NCBI GenBank assembly: GCA_035707305.1
Contig: DASSUE010000187.1
Coordinates: 1-44,675, forward strand
Direction of reading: 5' to 3'
Source: Gemmatimonadales bacterium
GTDB taxonomy: Bacteria; Gemmatimonadota; Gemmatimonadetes; Gemmatimonadales; GWC2-71-9
DNA: 44,675 bases
Position 1 is the first letter of the stretch. Every line of letters begins with the position of its first letter. Below are positions 32,098 to 41,493 of the stretch, one piece after another. The notes under the pieces are model-generated. The model saw only the letters and a list, made by a program, of their open reading frames with translations. It made no database searches and was not told where the DNA came from. Position numbers and translations under genes: made by a program.

Positions 32098-33720
32098 ATG
32101 CCGCACACGCATCTCATGCTCGAGGCCGCCGCCCGGGAAAAGGTTCTCCGAGGCGCGAGCGCCCTTGCCGACGCCGTACGGGTCACGTTGGGCCCGAAGT
32201 CCAAGTCGGTGCTCATCGGGAAGCGATGGGGACACCCGGTGGTCTGCAATGACGGGGTCACGATCGCGAAGGAACTGGATCTCGAAGACCCGGAGGAACG
32301 GCTTGGCGCCCAGGTCATCCGGGAAGCCGCCGAGCGCACCGGCGAGGCTGTGGGCGATGGTACGACGACCGCCACGCTGCTCGCGCATGCCATCTATGCC
32401 GACGGCGTTCGCAACGTCACCGCCGGGGCGAGCGCCGTCGACCTCAAACGCGGCCTCGAACGTGGGCTGCGGGCAGCCGTGAGCGCGATCCGTGCCTTGT
32501 CGCGCCCGGTGCAGACCACCCGCGAGAAGGAGCAGATCGCCACCGTCTCGGCGCACAATGACACCGCCATCGGCAAGCTCGTGGCCGATGCAATCGAGCG
32601 GGTCGGCTCCGAGGGGGTTGTGACGGTGGAGGAGGCGAAAGGAACCGAGACCGCGCTGGAGGTCGTCGAGGGGATGCAGTTCGACCGCGGCTATCTCTCC
32701 GCGTATTTCGTCACCGATACGGCCAGCATGGAGGCGGTGCTCGACGAGCCGCACATCCTGCTCCACGAGCGTCCGATCACCTCGATGCAGGATCTCCTTC
32801 CCCTGCTCGAAGCGGTGGCCAAGTCAGGCCGACCCCTGCTCGTTGTAGCAGAGGACATCGGGGGCGATGCGCTGGCAACGCTGGTCGTCAACCGGCTGCG
32901 CGGCAATCTGCCCTGTGTTGCTGTGAAGGCTCCGGGCTTCGGCGACCGCCGCAAGGCCATGCTGCAGGACATGGCGATCCTCACCGGCGGCAAGGTCATC
33001 GCGGAGGAGCTCGGCGTGCGTCTCGATCATGTGACCCTCGAGGAGCTGGGAAGGGCCAAGCGGGTTACTGTCACCCGCGAGAATGCAACCATCGTCGGCG
33101 GCGCGGGCGCGTCCGCGGCAATCGCGGGCCGATGCGAGGAGCTGCGGCGCCAGATCGCCGATACCACCTCCGACTATGACCGCGAGAAGCTCGAGGAGCG
33201 GCTCGCCAAGCTGGCCGGCGGCGTGGCGGTCATCCGGGTCGGCGCTCCGACCGAAACCGAAATGAAGAACCGTAAGGAGGCGTTCGAGGACGCCATCAGT
33301 GCCACCAAGGCAGCGGTGGCAGAGGGGATCGTGCCCGGCGCCGGCCTCGCCTTGCTCCGCGCGATTCCCGCTGTCGCCGCCGAGGAATCCGGCTGTGCGG
33401 GAGACGAACGGACCGGTCTGCAGATACTCCGGCGGGCGCTGGAAGCTCCGACGCGCCAGATCGCGGACAATTCGGCGATGGATGCCGGCGTCGTCGTGGA
33501 GCGCATGCGCGGCGGGAGCGGCGCCCAGGGGCTCGACGCGGCCTCCGGCACCTACGTGGATCTGATGGAGGCCGGCATCGTGGACGCGACCAAGGTGGTG
33601 CGGCTCGCGCTCGAGAACGCCGTTTCGGTGGCCAGCACGCTGCTCTTGACGGAAGCCACCCTTACCGAGATTCCGGAGCCAAAAGCCGACCGGACGCCGG
33701 GCGGGGATGACGGGCTGTGA
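32098..33720 (+). CDS. groEL: Chaperonin GroEL/Cpn60 paralog (no adjacent groES, no GGM tail)
   Basis: The ATG at 32098 has GGAG upstream. [28 protein letters not shown] and [14 protein letters not shown] are classic Cpn60 blocks. The C-terminus ends ...[14 protein letters not shown] instead of a Gly-Gly-Met repeat. GTGA overlap with the next gene. Confidence 0.9.
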   Translation: MPHTHLMLEAAAREKVLRGASALADAVRVTLGPKSKSVLIGKRWGHPVVCNDGVTIAKELDLEDPEERLGAQVIREAAERTGEAVGDGTTTATLLAHAIYADGVRNVTAGASAVDLKRGLERGLRAAVSAIRALSRPVQTTREKEQIATVSAHNDTAIGKLVADAIERVGSEGVVTVEEAKGTETALEVVEGMQFDRGYLSAYFVTDTASMEAVLDEPHILLHERPITSMQDLLPLLEAVAKSGRPLLVVAEDIGGDALATLVVNRLRGNLPCVAVKAPGFGDRRKAMLQDMAILTGGKVIAEELGVRLDHVTLEELGRAKRVTVTRENATIVGGAGASAAIAGRCEELRRQIADTTSDYDREKLEERLAKLAGGVAVIRVGAPTETEMKNRKEAFEDAISATKAAVAEGIVPGAGLALLRAIPAVAAEESGCAGDERTGLQILRRALEAPTRQIADNSAMDAGVVVERMRGGSGAQGLDAASGTYVDLMEAGIVDATKVVRLALENAVSVASTLLLTEATLTEIPEPKADRTPGGDDGL

Positions 33721-34616
33721 AGAGCATCCTCGTGCCGCTGGACGGCTCGCCTCTGGCCGAACAGGGGCTCGGCTTCGCCGTCCCTGTGGCGCGCGCTGCC
33801 AGCGCCAAGCTGCGACTCGCCCTGGTGCATGAGCCGGCGGCACTCAAGAGCGGGGCCATCGTCCACCTTGAAGCGAGTCTCCGCCGGGCGGAGCGAGCGT
33901 ATCTCGACCGGACGGTTGAGCACCTGAAGCGGGAAGGACTCGCAGGGGTCACGTCAGTCGTGTTGACCGGGCGTCCCGGCGACGAGCTTGTTCGGCACGC
34001 CGAAGAACGGGACCCCGATCTCGTCGTGCTCGCGACCCATGGCCGTGGCGGACTCGAGCGGGCCTGGCTCGGCAGCGTCGCTGACCACCTCATCCAAAAC
34101 CTGACCGTACCGGTGGTAGCGGTGCATGCCACCGACCCACCCCCGGCCGCCGCTCCGGTCCGGCGGATTCTGGTTGCGCTGGACGGCTCGAGATCGGCGG
34201 AGACGGCGCTCGATCCCGCGAGCAAACTCGCGAGAGTGCTCGACGCGGAGCTGCTCGTTTGCCGTGTGGTGCTTCCCGTGCCACTGCCGGCCGATCCACT
34301 GCTGCCGGTGACGGTTGCCTACGATACCGAGCTGACCGCGGAGCTCGAGGCTGAAGCGGGACGCTACGTGGACCGACAGGTGCGGCAGCTCGTCGCGAGC
34401 GGGTTCCGCGCCAACGGGAAGGTGCTCGTGGGCGGCCCCAGGATCGCGCCCACTCTACTCCGCGCGGCCGACGAGGAGCGCGCCGGGCTGATCGCGATGA
34501 CAACGCGCGCCCGGGGCCGGCTGCGCCGCCTCGGACTCGGCAGCGTCGCCGACAAGGTGATGCGGGCCGCGCCCTGTCCCGTGATGCTCACCCGGGCCTC
34601 GAGGCGGGCGTCATGA
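33717..34616 (+). CDS. Tandem universal stress protein (2 x UspA domain), intact
   Basis: 299 aa. [15 protein letters not shown]...[25 protein letters not shown] and a second repeat [16 protein letters not shown]...[36 protein letters not shown]. Confidence 0.9.
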   Translation: MKSILVPLDGSPLAEQGLGFAVPVARAASAKLRLALVHEPAALKSGAIVHLEASLRRAERAYLDRTVEHLKREGLAGVTSVVLTGRPGDELVRHAEERDPDLVVLATHGRGGLERAWLGSVADHLIQNLTVPVVAVHATDPPPAAAPVRRILVALDGSRSAETALDPASKLARVLDAELLVCRVVLPVPLPADPLLPVTVAYDTELTAELEAEAGRYVDRQVRQLVASGFRANGKVLVGGPRIAPTLLRAADEERAGLIAMTTRARGRLRRLGLGSVADKVMRAAPCPVMLTRASRRAS

Positions 34617-35632
34617 CCTGGCGACATGCCGGCGGGCTGCTCCTGCTGGCCCATGGGCTGGCCCACACGCTCCCCGGCATGCGGGCCGCTGCGGAGTTTG
34701 CGGTGCTTCCCACGGCTCTATGGGCAGTCGCGGTCGCGGGGTTCGCGGGCGCAGGTTTCGGGCTGCTCGGAGCCAGGGCCTTTTGCGCTCGATGGAGCGC
34801 CTGGGCTGCCGCCGGCGTGTCCGCATCGGCCTGGCTCCTGATCGGCACCTGGCCAACGCCGCTCGGACACGTGGGGCTGCTGACAGATCTGCTGGTCATC
34901 CTGCTCATCGCGCACCGGGGGGAGTGGCTGACCGACGAAGCCGCGCATCCACCGAAGAAGGTGAGACAGCGCCGCAATGCCTTCGCCATCGCGGCAGTCG
35001 CGGTCCTGACCGGGCTGGTGCTCGCGCGCGCCTGGCATCTGCGGTGGGGCTCTACCTCGGACGAGCTCCGGGCCGCCTGGCCCGGCGACGCGCTCGTGCC
35101 GAAGGCGAATTACGTGATCCAGCACGCAGTCACCATCGACGCGGCCCCCTCCGCCGTCTGGCCCTGGCTCGCCCAACTGGGTCAGGATCGCGGCGGTTTC
35201 TACAGCTATGCGTGGTTGGAGAACGTGTTCGGCCTCAAGATCCGGAACGCGGATCGCGTGCACCCCGAATGGCAGTCGATCAGCGCAGGTGATTCGGTGT
35301 TTGCCACCCCGCCACACTGGCTTGGCCTCGATCGGCGCCTCGGGTGGCGGGTGGGCTGGGTGGAACCCGGCCGCATGCTCCTTCTCGAGAACTGGGGCGC
35401 GTTCATACTGCATCCCGACAACGGTCGCACTCGGCTCATCGTCAGGACTCGCGGCGCTGCCGCAGACCGCCCTGTCGATCTCGCACTCGCGCCCATCGGC
35501 CTGGTGCTCTTCGAGCCTGCCCATTTTCTCATGCAGCGGAAGATGCTGCTCGAGATCAAGCGGCACGTGGAATCGAGTCGGCCCGCGCTGGCCGGGGATT
35601 ACGACTCGGCCGCCGCTACGATCGTGAAGTAG
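34613..35632 (+). CDS. Membrane-anchored SRPBCC-family protein
   Basis: ATGA overlap with the USP stop. The N-terminal ~130 aa are hydrophobic (LLLLAHGLAHTLPG...). The C-terminal domain has AVWPWLAQLGQDRGGFYSYAWLEN, typical of an SRPBCC subgroup. Confidence 0.55.
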   Translation: MTWRHAGGLLLLAHGLAHTLPGMRAAAEFAVLPTALWAVAVAGFAGAGFGLLGARAFCARWSAWAAAGVSASAWLLIGTWPTPLGHVGLLTDLLVILLIAHRGEWLTDEAAHPPKKVRQRRNAFAIAAVAVLTGLVLARAWHLRWGSTSDELRAAWPGDALVPKANYVIQHAVTIDAAPSAVWPWLAQLGQDRGGFYSYAWLENVFGLKIRNADRVHPEWQSISAGDSVFATPPHWLGLDRRLGWRVGWVEPGRMLLLENWGAFILHPDNGRTRLIVRTRGAAADRPVDLALAPIGLVLFEPAHFLMQRKMLLEIKRHVESSRPALAGDYDSAAATIVK

Positions 35633-36559
35633 GTGACGATCGAGAGCAGATCCTGCAGCAGTGTCGCCAGCGGGCCGCTCCCAAACGCCGGGTCCAGTCC
35701 GAGACGCCCCAGCACCAGGGGAGGAGCAGTGCGGCGGAGGTGGCAGTCGTGCAAGCAGCGCCGATAGCGAGCGCGATGGCGACAGCGAGCCCAGCATCTC
35801 CCCACCGCCACCAGATCAGCGGCCCAGCGGCTACGGCGAGGATGCCCCCGATGGCTGCGCCGGCCAGCAACTCGCGGAGGACCATCCGTCGCATCGGGAT
35901 GCCGATGGAGAGCCCCCGTACGGCGATGGTCCCGGTCTGGGTTCCCACTGCGTCGGCCAGGTAGACGATGCCCGGAAGGAAGAAGGCGAGGAGGACCGTG
36001 GCCCGGAGTTGGTCCTCGAACCACCCCACCACGTGCGCCGCCGCGGGCGCGCCCACCAGGCCGACATCAGCCATGGGAGGCGGTGGCGCACGCGCCGCCG
36101 CACCGGCTCCTCGCTCGTAGTCCGAATCAGCAGCTCGCTCCCCGTGAAGCCGCTGAGCCGGGAGAGATCTTCCTCGTGCTCCGCGAGCAGCATGGCCACG
36201 AGACGCCGGGGTGGTACCAGGCCCAGGAAGCGGCCGTCGGCGTCCGTGACGCACAGCGCCGTCTCGTCCTTGCGGACCGGCTGCCAGGCGGCGGCTTCCT
36301 CGTCTCTATCCGGGTTCACCACCGGCGGGTCACGATCCATAAGCGAGCTCAGCGGCGCGTCGCGTGGCGCCGCGAGCAGTGCCTCGATCGGGAGCAGCCC
36401 AGCCAGCCTTCCGCCGTCACACACCGCGACGTGGCTGGAGCAGTCGAACTTGCGGCCGAGCAGCGCTTCACGCACCGCGCCGGCCCGTTCGTCGGGCGCA
36501 GCGCGTGGCACCCGAGTAGCGAGACGATCGTCGGTCGTGCCTGGCTGTTCGGTCTTCAT
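35599..36559 (-). pseudogene. mgtE: MgtE-type Mg2+ transporter (CBS pair + TM domain, no N-domain), two frameshifts
   Basis: The CBS part and RVRHRLPWL lie in frame of track ORF 35831-36616. ADVGLVGAPAAAHVVGWFEDQLRATVLLAFFLPGIVYLADAVGTQTGTIAVRGL... lies in frame of 35616-36254. The C-terminus VLGRLGLDPAFGSGPLATLLQDLLSIVTYF lies in frame of 35599-36024. The junctions are near 36070 and 35720, the latter at a C4 run. Confidence 0.65.
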
Positions 36560-36945
36560 GTTCGGGCAACCTCTTTCGCGGCAGGTCTGGGTGCGTGCTG
36601 CGCTGATCGTGGTCATGGTGCTCCACGGTCGAGCCCACCTTTCCGGGGTTATCGTCGATTGGCGGCTCTCCCGGCTTGCCGAGCTGCGCTACCGCACGAC
36701 GCTCTCTGGGGCAGGCTCGACGTGGGTAACGGCGGGATGCGAATCATGGGTGCACTCTGGCTGGGGGCTGGAGTCGCATTCGAGGTCGCTGCCCTCGTGG
36801 CGGGCCTTGACCGCCCCCGGTGGCTGCCGGTCGCCATGGCAGCCGCTGCCCTGTCGCTGACGATCAGCATCCTGGCTGCGCCCGATGCTCTCGTCGGCGT
36901 CGCAGTCAACCTGCTCATCATCCCCGCGATTCTCTTCGTAACCGC

Positions 36946-37501
36946 TTACCGATGTGGCGGAAGTTGGAGCGCCGCAGCGGGCCCGTGGATCACCGCCGCG
37001 CCATGCATGACCACATGCGCGAGAATGGGAGCGAGCGGATTACCGGTCAGGAGATATCCAGTGGTGATAATGCCGTTGCCAACCAGGGGATTCACCAGCG
37101 CGGTGCCGCGGTACTGAGGGAATCCGACGTGGTACAGAGCAGTCACGAGCAGACTTCCTGCGAGTGCCGCCAGCCCCTACCGGAGCCGCGGCCCGATGCC
37201 ACGGCGCGACTCCGCGCCTCTGGTGCCGTAAAGGCACAGCACGGGAACTATGCTGAGCAGGAGGGCATCCGCCACGCCATACCCCACTCCGAGCCACAGC
37301 AGCGCCACCAGCAGATCCACCCCTTGCGGGCTGTGGTGATGCTGGCTGGTCTAGGACGCTGTTCGCGAGCATGGCGCCGATGAGCGCGCCGCCCATGACC
37401 CCGGTGCCCCAACGTCGACGGAGCTGTTCGCGCCAATCGAGACCCGTCCACCGGACATAAGCCGCGGTGTAGATCGCCACGATTACGGTGTGAGCGCCCA
37501 C
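36946..37501 (-). pseudogene. Polytopic membrane protein of unknown family, degraded (frameshift plus in-frame TAG)
   Basis: The frame from GTG 37501 gives VGAHTVIVAIYTAAYVRWTGLDWREQLRRRWGTGVMGGALIGAMLANS. A second frame continues ...VDLLVALLWLGVGYGVADALLLSIVPVLCLYGTRGAESRRGIGPRLR*GLAALAGSLLVTALYHVGFPQYRG...NPLAPILAHVVMHGAAVIHG. A partial homolog lies at 43921-44196. Confidence 0.5.
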
Positions 37502-37608
37502 GAAGCCTGACCGCTCGAGCCCCCACAGTGAGTACGCGTCTCCGCAAGACTGCGCCGACGCCCTGAATCTGTGATGAAACCTGGGGTGGGGTGAAACCGC
37601 TTCACCTG

Positions 37609-37648
37609 GTCATCCCGTCATCCCGTCATCCCGTCATCCCGTCATCCG
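37609..37648. repeat. 8-bp tandem repeat GTCATCCC x4 plus one variant unit
   Basis: The sequence is gtcatccc gtcatccc gtcatccc gtcatccc gtcatccg. The last unit contains the ATPase stop codon (tca, 37642-37644). The minus strand reads GGGATGAC repeats. Confidence 0.9.
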
Positions 37649-39621
37649 GCGGCCCGGAGCGCGTTCAGGATAACGGCGACATCGACCGCCTCCTGGAGCA
37701 GCGCCCCCGCCACCGGTGACACGTACCCAGCGGCGGCGGCCACCATGGCAGCGGCGCTGAGACCGAGCCCGATCCAGATGCTCTGCCGAGCGATCCTCAT
37801 CGTCCGCCGGCTGATCTCCACGGCGTCGGCCAGACGCCCCGGGTCGTCTCCGAGAATGACCGCATCGGCGGCCTCCGCTGTGATGCCGCCTCCGCCACTG
37901 GCGAGCGCGACACCGACCGTCGCGACTCCCAGGGCCGGGGCGTCGTTGGTGCCGTCTCCGAGCATCACGACGCGTTCGCCTGCCGCAACCAGTGCACGCA
38001 CGGTATCGACTTTTTGCTCCGGCAGAAGATCGCCGCGGGCCTCATCCACCTGGACGGCGGCCGCCACGGATGCCACGTTGTCAGCCGCATCACCCGACAG
38101 AACGATCATCCGCCGCACCCCAAGCCGCCGTAAGCGCTCGATCAATGGGGACGCCCCAGACCGCACCGCATCGGCGTACTCGATGATGCCGGCCAGGTGC
38201 CCGCCGATAGTCACGTAGGCGCGGAGTCCACTGCCCGGCACGGGTGCCGGGGCTCCGCTCCCCGCGGTCGACGCACGGGCGGACACGAACGGCCAGGCGC
38301 CGACGGCCACCTCCTTGTCCTCCACCAGGCCGCTGACGCCCTGGCCGGGGGCTTCATTCACTGCCGCTGCGTTGGGTATCGCGATGCCACGGCGCACCGT
38401 CTCCTCCACCAGGGTACGGGCCAGGAGGTGCCCGGATCCCTGTTCGACGGCTCCCGCGAGCCGGAGCACCTCATGCTCGGTGAACGGCATCAGCGCCAGC
38501 ACCCGCGACACGGCGGGCCGGCCAAGCGTAAGGGTGCCGGTCTTGTCGAACACCGCCGTCGTGACCGAGCCCAGCTGCTCGATAGCCGTGCCGTGGCGGA
38601 AGATGACTCGGCGCCGCGCCGCCCGGTTGATGCCTCCCACCACTGCGACCGGTGCCGCGAGGATCAAGGGGCAGGGGGTGGCCACGACGAGCACGGCCAG
38701 CACTCGGACCGGGTTGTGGGACAGAAGCCAGGCCCCCGCGCACACGGCAAGCGTGAAGGGAGTGAACCAGATGGCGTAGCGGTCCGCCAAACGCTGGATC
38801 GGCGCCTTGCTGGCCTGAGCGCTTCGGACCAGCTCGACGATACGGGCGTACTGGCTCTCTCCGGCGGGGGCGAGGACGCGGAGCGTGAGCGGCCCTTCCA
38901 GGTTCCGGCTCCCGCTCAGCAGCTTGTCACCGGTACGCGCCACTCGGGGGATCGGTTCCCCGGTGAGCTGTGCCGCATCGACATGGGAGCGGCCATCGAG
39001 CACCACGCCATCGCAGGGGACGAGCTCGCCTGGGCGCACGAGGATCTCGTCGCCCGGCACCACGGCTTCCGCGAGCACATCGACAAGGCTATCGCCGTCC
39101 CGACGGTGGGTCACGCGGGGAGCATTCGCCTCGAGCTCTCTCACGGCGTCCGAGGCCCGACCGCGGGCGAAGGTTTCCAGCGCTTCGCCGCCCGTCTGCA
39201 TGAGTACGACAATGAGGCCGGGCAGCGGCTGACCGAGTAGCACGGCAGCCAGGATGGCGAGCGTGGCGACGAGATCGGCAGCGAAACGGCGGCCAAGAAC
39301 GCCGTGGGCGGTGCGCACCACGACCGGAAGTCCCGTGAGTACGAGACCAGCCATCCAGATGTGATGACCGAGCGGGGTGGAGCGGCCGCTCCCGATGACC
39401 AGACCGAGGGTGATGAAAGCAAGCACCGCTGCAGGCAGGACTGCGGAGCGGCGCGTCAGCCCTCTGGCGCGGAGACCGCGTTCGGAGAACGGCGCAGGCT
39501 GAACCCCACGCCGCGGATCGTCTGAATAAGCTGCTCCCCCGCGGCCTCCGCCAGTTTCCGGCGCAGGTTCCCCACGTGCACGTCTACCACGTTGCTCTCC
39601 GGATCGAAGTGCATGTCCCAT
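37642..39621 (-). CDS. P1B-type heavy-metal P-type ATPase with TPCP transmembrane motif (P1B-5-like), no N-terminal CxxC domain
   Basis: Motifs [24 protein letters not shown] and TM motif [13 protein letters not shown]. No CxxC metal-binding domain is present. The start is uncertain: the ATG at 39621 overlaps the upstream regulator gene by 166 nt, and the true start may be internal, before the first TM helix ([15 protein letters not shown]). Confidence 0.8.
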   Translation of the reverse strand: [659 protein letters not shown]

Positions 39622-40154
39622 ACCTTCTCCAGAAGCGTGGTGCGCCGGACGACCTCTTCGGGGTGCAGCAGGAAGTACTCGAGAAGCTGGAATTCCTTGG
39701 GCGTCAGATCGAAGGGCCGATCCCGCACCGTTACAACGTGCCGGAGGCGGTCGAGGGCGATCGGGCCGAAGCTCAGAGTCTCGAGCCGCTCGGCGCCCCC
39801 GCGGCGATGGAGCGCGCGGATGCGAGCCAGAAGCTCGTCAAACCGGAACGGCTTCGCGAGGTAGTCGTCCGCTCCCGCATCCAATCCGCGAACGACATCC
39901 TCGGTGGAATCGCGGGAGGTAAGCATCAGGATCGGCGTGTGTCGCCCCTCGCGCCGGAGCTCGGTAGCAACCTGGAAGCCGTTCTTTTTGGGAAGCACCA
40001 CGTCGAGCAGGATGACATCGTAGTCGTACACGTGCGCCAGCATCGTCGCCTCGTCGCCATCCGGAGCGATGTCGACGACGTACCCCTCTTCCTTCAGCCC
40101 CTGCTCGATGAACCCGGCGACCTTCCGGTCGTCCTCCACGACGAGAATCTTCAT
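39456..40154 (-). CDS. OmpR/PhoB-family response regulator (receiver + winged-helix)
   Basis: Starts at ATG 40154 with MKILVVEDDRKVAGFIEQGL...ILLDVVLPKKNG...ILMLTSRD...KPFRFDELLARI. The C-terminal LTPKEFQLLEYFLLHP...VDVHVGNLRRKL...IQTIRGVGFSL is the trans_reg_C domain. Confidence 0.9.
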   Translation of the reverse strand: MKILVVEDDRKVAGFIEQGLKEEGYVVDIAPDGDEATMLAHVYDYDVILLDVVLPKKNGFQVATELRREGRHTPILMLTSRDSTEDVVRGLDAGADDYLAKPFRFDELLARIRALHRRGGAERLETLSFGPIALDRLRHVVTVRDRPFDLTPKEFQLLEYFLLHPEEVVRRTTLLEKVWDMHFDPESNVVDVHVGNLRRKLAEAAGEQLIQTIRGVGFSLRRSPNAVSAPEG

Positions 40155-40211
40155 GGCTCGAACCTTACCCTTGGCGCATGAACCCGACCGCAACCGTCCG
40201 TGAAGGTTCCT

Positions 40212-41423
40212 TCACCATTCCTCGGCGGCGGGGAGCTCGAGGATGAAGCAGCCTCCGGAGCTCTGGGGGACGGCCCGAAGCTCGCCCCCGAGCAACCGGG
40301 CGAGCCGGCGCGACAGCGGGAGCCCCAGCCCGAAGCTCCGGCTCTCATCGCCCGGATTGGTCACGTAGATGTCGAAGATCCGCTCGATGTCGTCGGGGTC
40401 GATGCCCGGCCCATCGTTTTCTACCGTAAAAGTGATTCGGCCTGGGGGCGAGGCGAGGGTTACCCTAACGGTTCCTCGCTCGGAAGAGTGTCTGATCCCG
40501 TTCCCTACAAGATTGACGAGGATCTGTTCCAGCCTGCTCGCGTCGGTATGGCAAGGCGGCAGGTGCGCCTCCGCCCGCGTCTCCAAGGAGACGTTGCGGG
40601 CCTCGGCGGCAGGCAGCAGACGTCCGACTGCGCGCCGGGTTATCGTCAACGCGTCCACCGGGCGGATTACCGGACGGAGACGGTCTTCATCCACCCTGCT
40701 CAGGTCGAGCAGGTCGTTGATCAGCTTGACCGCCTGGTCGGCCGAGTCGACCACCTCATAAGCCGCTCGCGGCACTGTCGCGGGGTCCTTCTTCCGCACC
40801 AGCATCTCGGCCCAGCCATAGGTGGCCGCCAGCGCGTTTCGTAGCTCGTGGTTCACCATGGCGAAGAACCGCTCGCGGGCCCGATGAAGGTTTTGCACCT
40901 CCTCCAGCAACCTGGCGCTCTCCTCGTGCAATCGTGCATTTTCCACCGCCGCCCCGGTCTGAGCCGCGAGCAGCACGACGATCCGCTCGTCCTCTTCAGT
41001 GAACTCCCCGGCGCCCAGCTTTTCGGTGAGATACAGATTGCCGAACACCCCTCGCCGTCCTGTGATTGGCGCGCCGAGGAAGGAACGCATCGGCGGATGA
41101 TGCGGCGGAAAGCCGTAGGAATCGGGATGCCGGCTGAGATCCGGCAGACGGATGACGCGGGGCTCGCGGATCACAAGCCCGAGGATGCCGTGCCCGCGCG
41201 GCGGCGGGCCGATTGCCGCCCGCTCGGCATCGGATATGCCGTGGGTGTGGAATCGCTCGATGGTCCGGCCATCAGAGGCAAGGACGCCGATGGCCGCGTA
41301 TCGAGCGCCGATGACGCTCGCTGCGATCTGAACAGTACGCTCGAGCACACCTTCAAGCGACAGCTCCGAGACCAGGAGCGTGCCTGCCTCGACTAGGCGC
41401 TCGAGCCGCCCGTGTTCTTGCAT
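40212..41423 (-). CDS. GAF-domain sensor histidine kinase; GAF closely resembles the DosS/DosT haem-binding GAF-A
   Basis: 403 aa. ARYAAIGVL...GHGILGLVI..P..IRLPDLSRHPDSYGFPPHHPPMRSFLGAPI...GVFGNLYLTEK aligns from memory with DosS ARYGAMEVH...GLGVIGLLI...[41 protein letters not shown]. A HisKA H-box (NHELRNAL) and HATPase_c follow. Confidence 0.8.
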   Translation of the reverse strand: MQEHGRLERLVEAGTLLVSELSLEGVLERTVQIAASVIGARYAAIGVLASDGRTIERFHTHGISDAERAAIGPPPRGHGILGLVIREPRVIRLPDLSRHPDSYGFPPHHPPMRSFLGAPITGRRGVFGNLYLTEKLGAGEFTEEDERIVVLLAAQTGAAVENARLHEESARLLEEVQNLHRARERFFAMVNHELRNALAATYGWAEMLVRKKDPATVPRAAYEVVDSADQAVKLINDLLDLSRVDEDRLRPVIRPVDALTITRRAVGRLLPAAEARNVSLETRAEAHLPPCHTDASRLEQILVNLVGNGIRHSSERGTVRVTLASPPGRITFTVENDGPGIDPDDIERIFDIYVTNPGDESRSFGLGLPLSRRLARLLGGELRAVPQSSGGCFILELPAAEEW

Positions 41424-41440
41424 GCGACAATTCTAACGGG

Positions 41441-41474
41441 CTTCATCCTGACTTCATCCCCGTCCGGCCATCGT
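41441..41474 (+). promoter_or_regulatory. Candidate response-regulator box plus -10 for the USP / DUF2892 / P4 operon
   Basis: CTTCAT-cctga-CTTCAT-n11-CATCGT. The hexamer and spacing are identical to the P2 promoter. The ATG is at 41494. It shares a 70-bp divergent region with the GAF kinase gene. Confidence 0.55.
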
Positions 41475-41493
41475 TGGGCACGGAGGTGGGTCG

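Noticed and set aside
36737-37117. Plus-strand ORF with three hydrophobic segments as a stand-alone small membrane protein gene
   Set aside because: Its last third runs antisense through the degraded membrane gene, and its upstream homology continues in another frame. Coding status cannot be settled by eye, so it is mentioned only within the decay-zone finding.
37609-37648. Tandem repeat as a possible CRISPR array
   Set aside because: The units are 8 bp, contiguous and without spacers, and no cas genes are present. It is a microsatellite-type repeat.
39457-39621. N-terminal 55 codons of the ATPase ORF overlapping the regulator gene
   Set aside because: A 166-nt out-of-frame overlap with a well-supported gene and an Arg/Gly-rich translation suggest ORF over-extension. 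I kept the ORF coordinates but flagged the start as uncertain instead of proposing a specific alternative codon.
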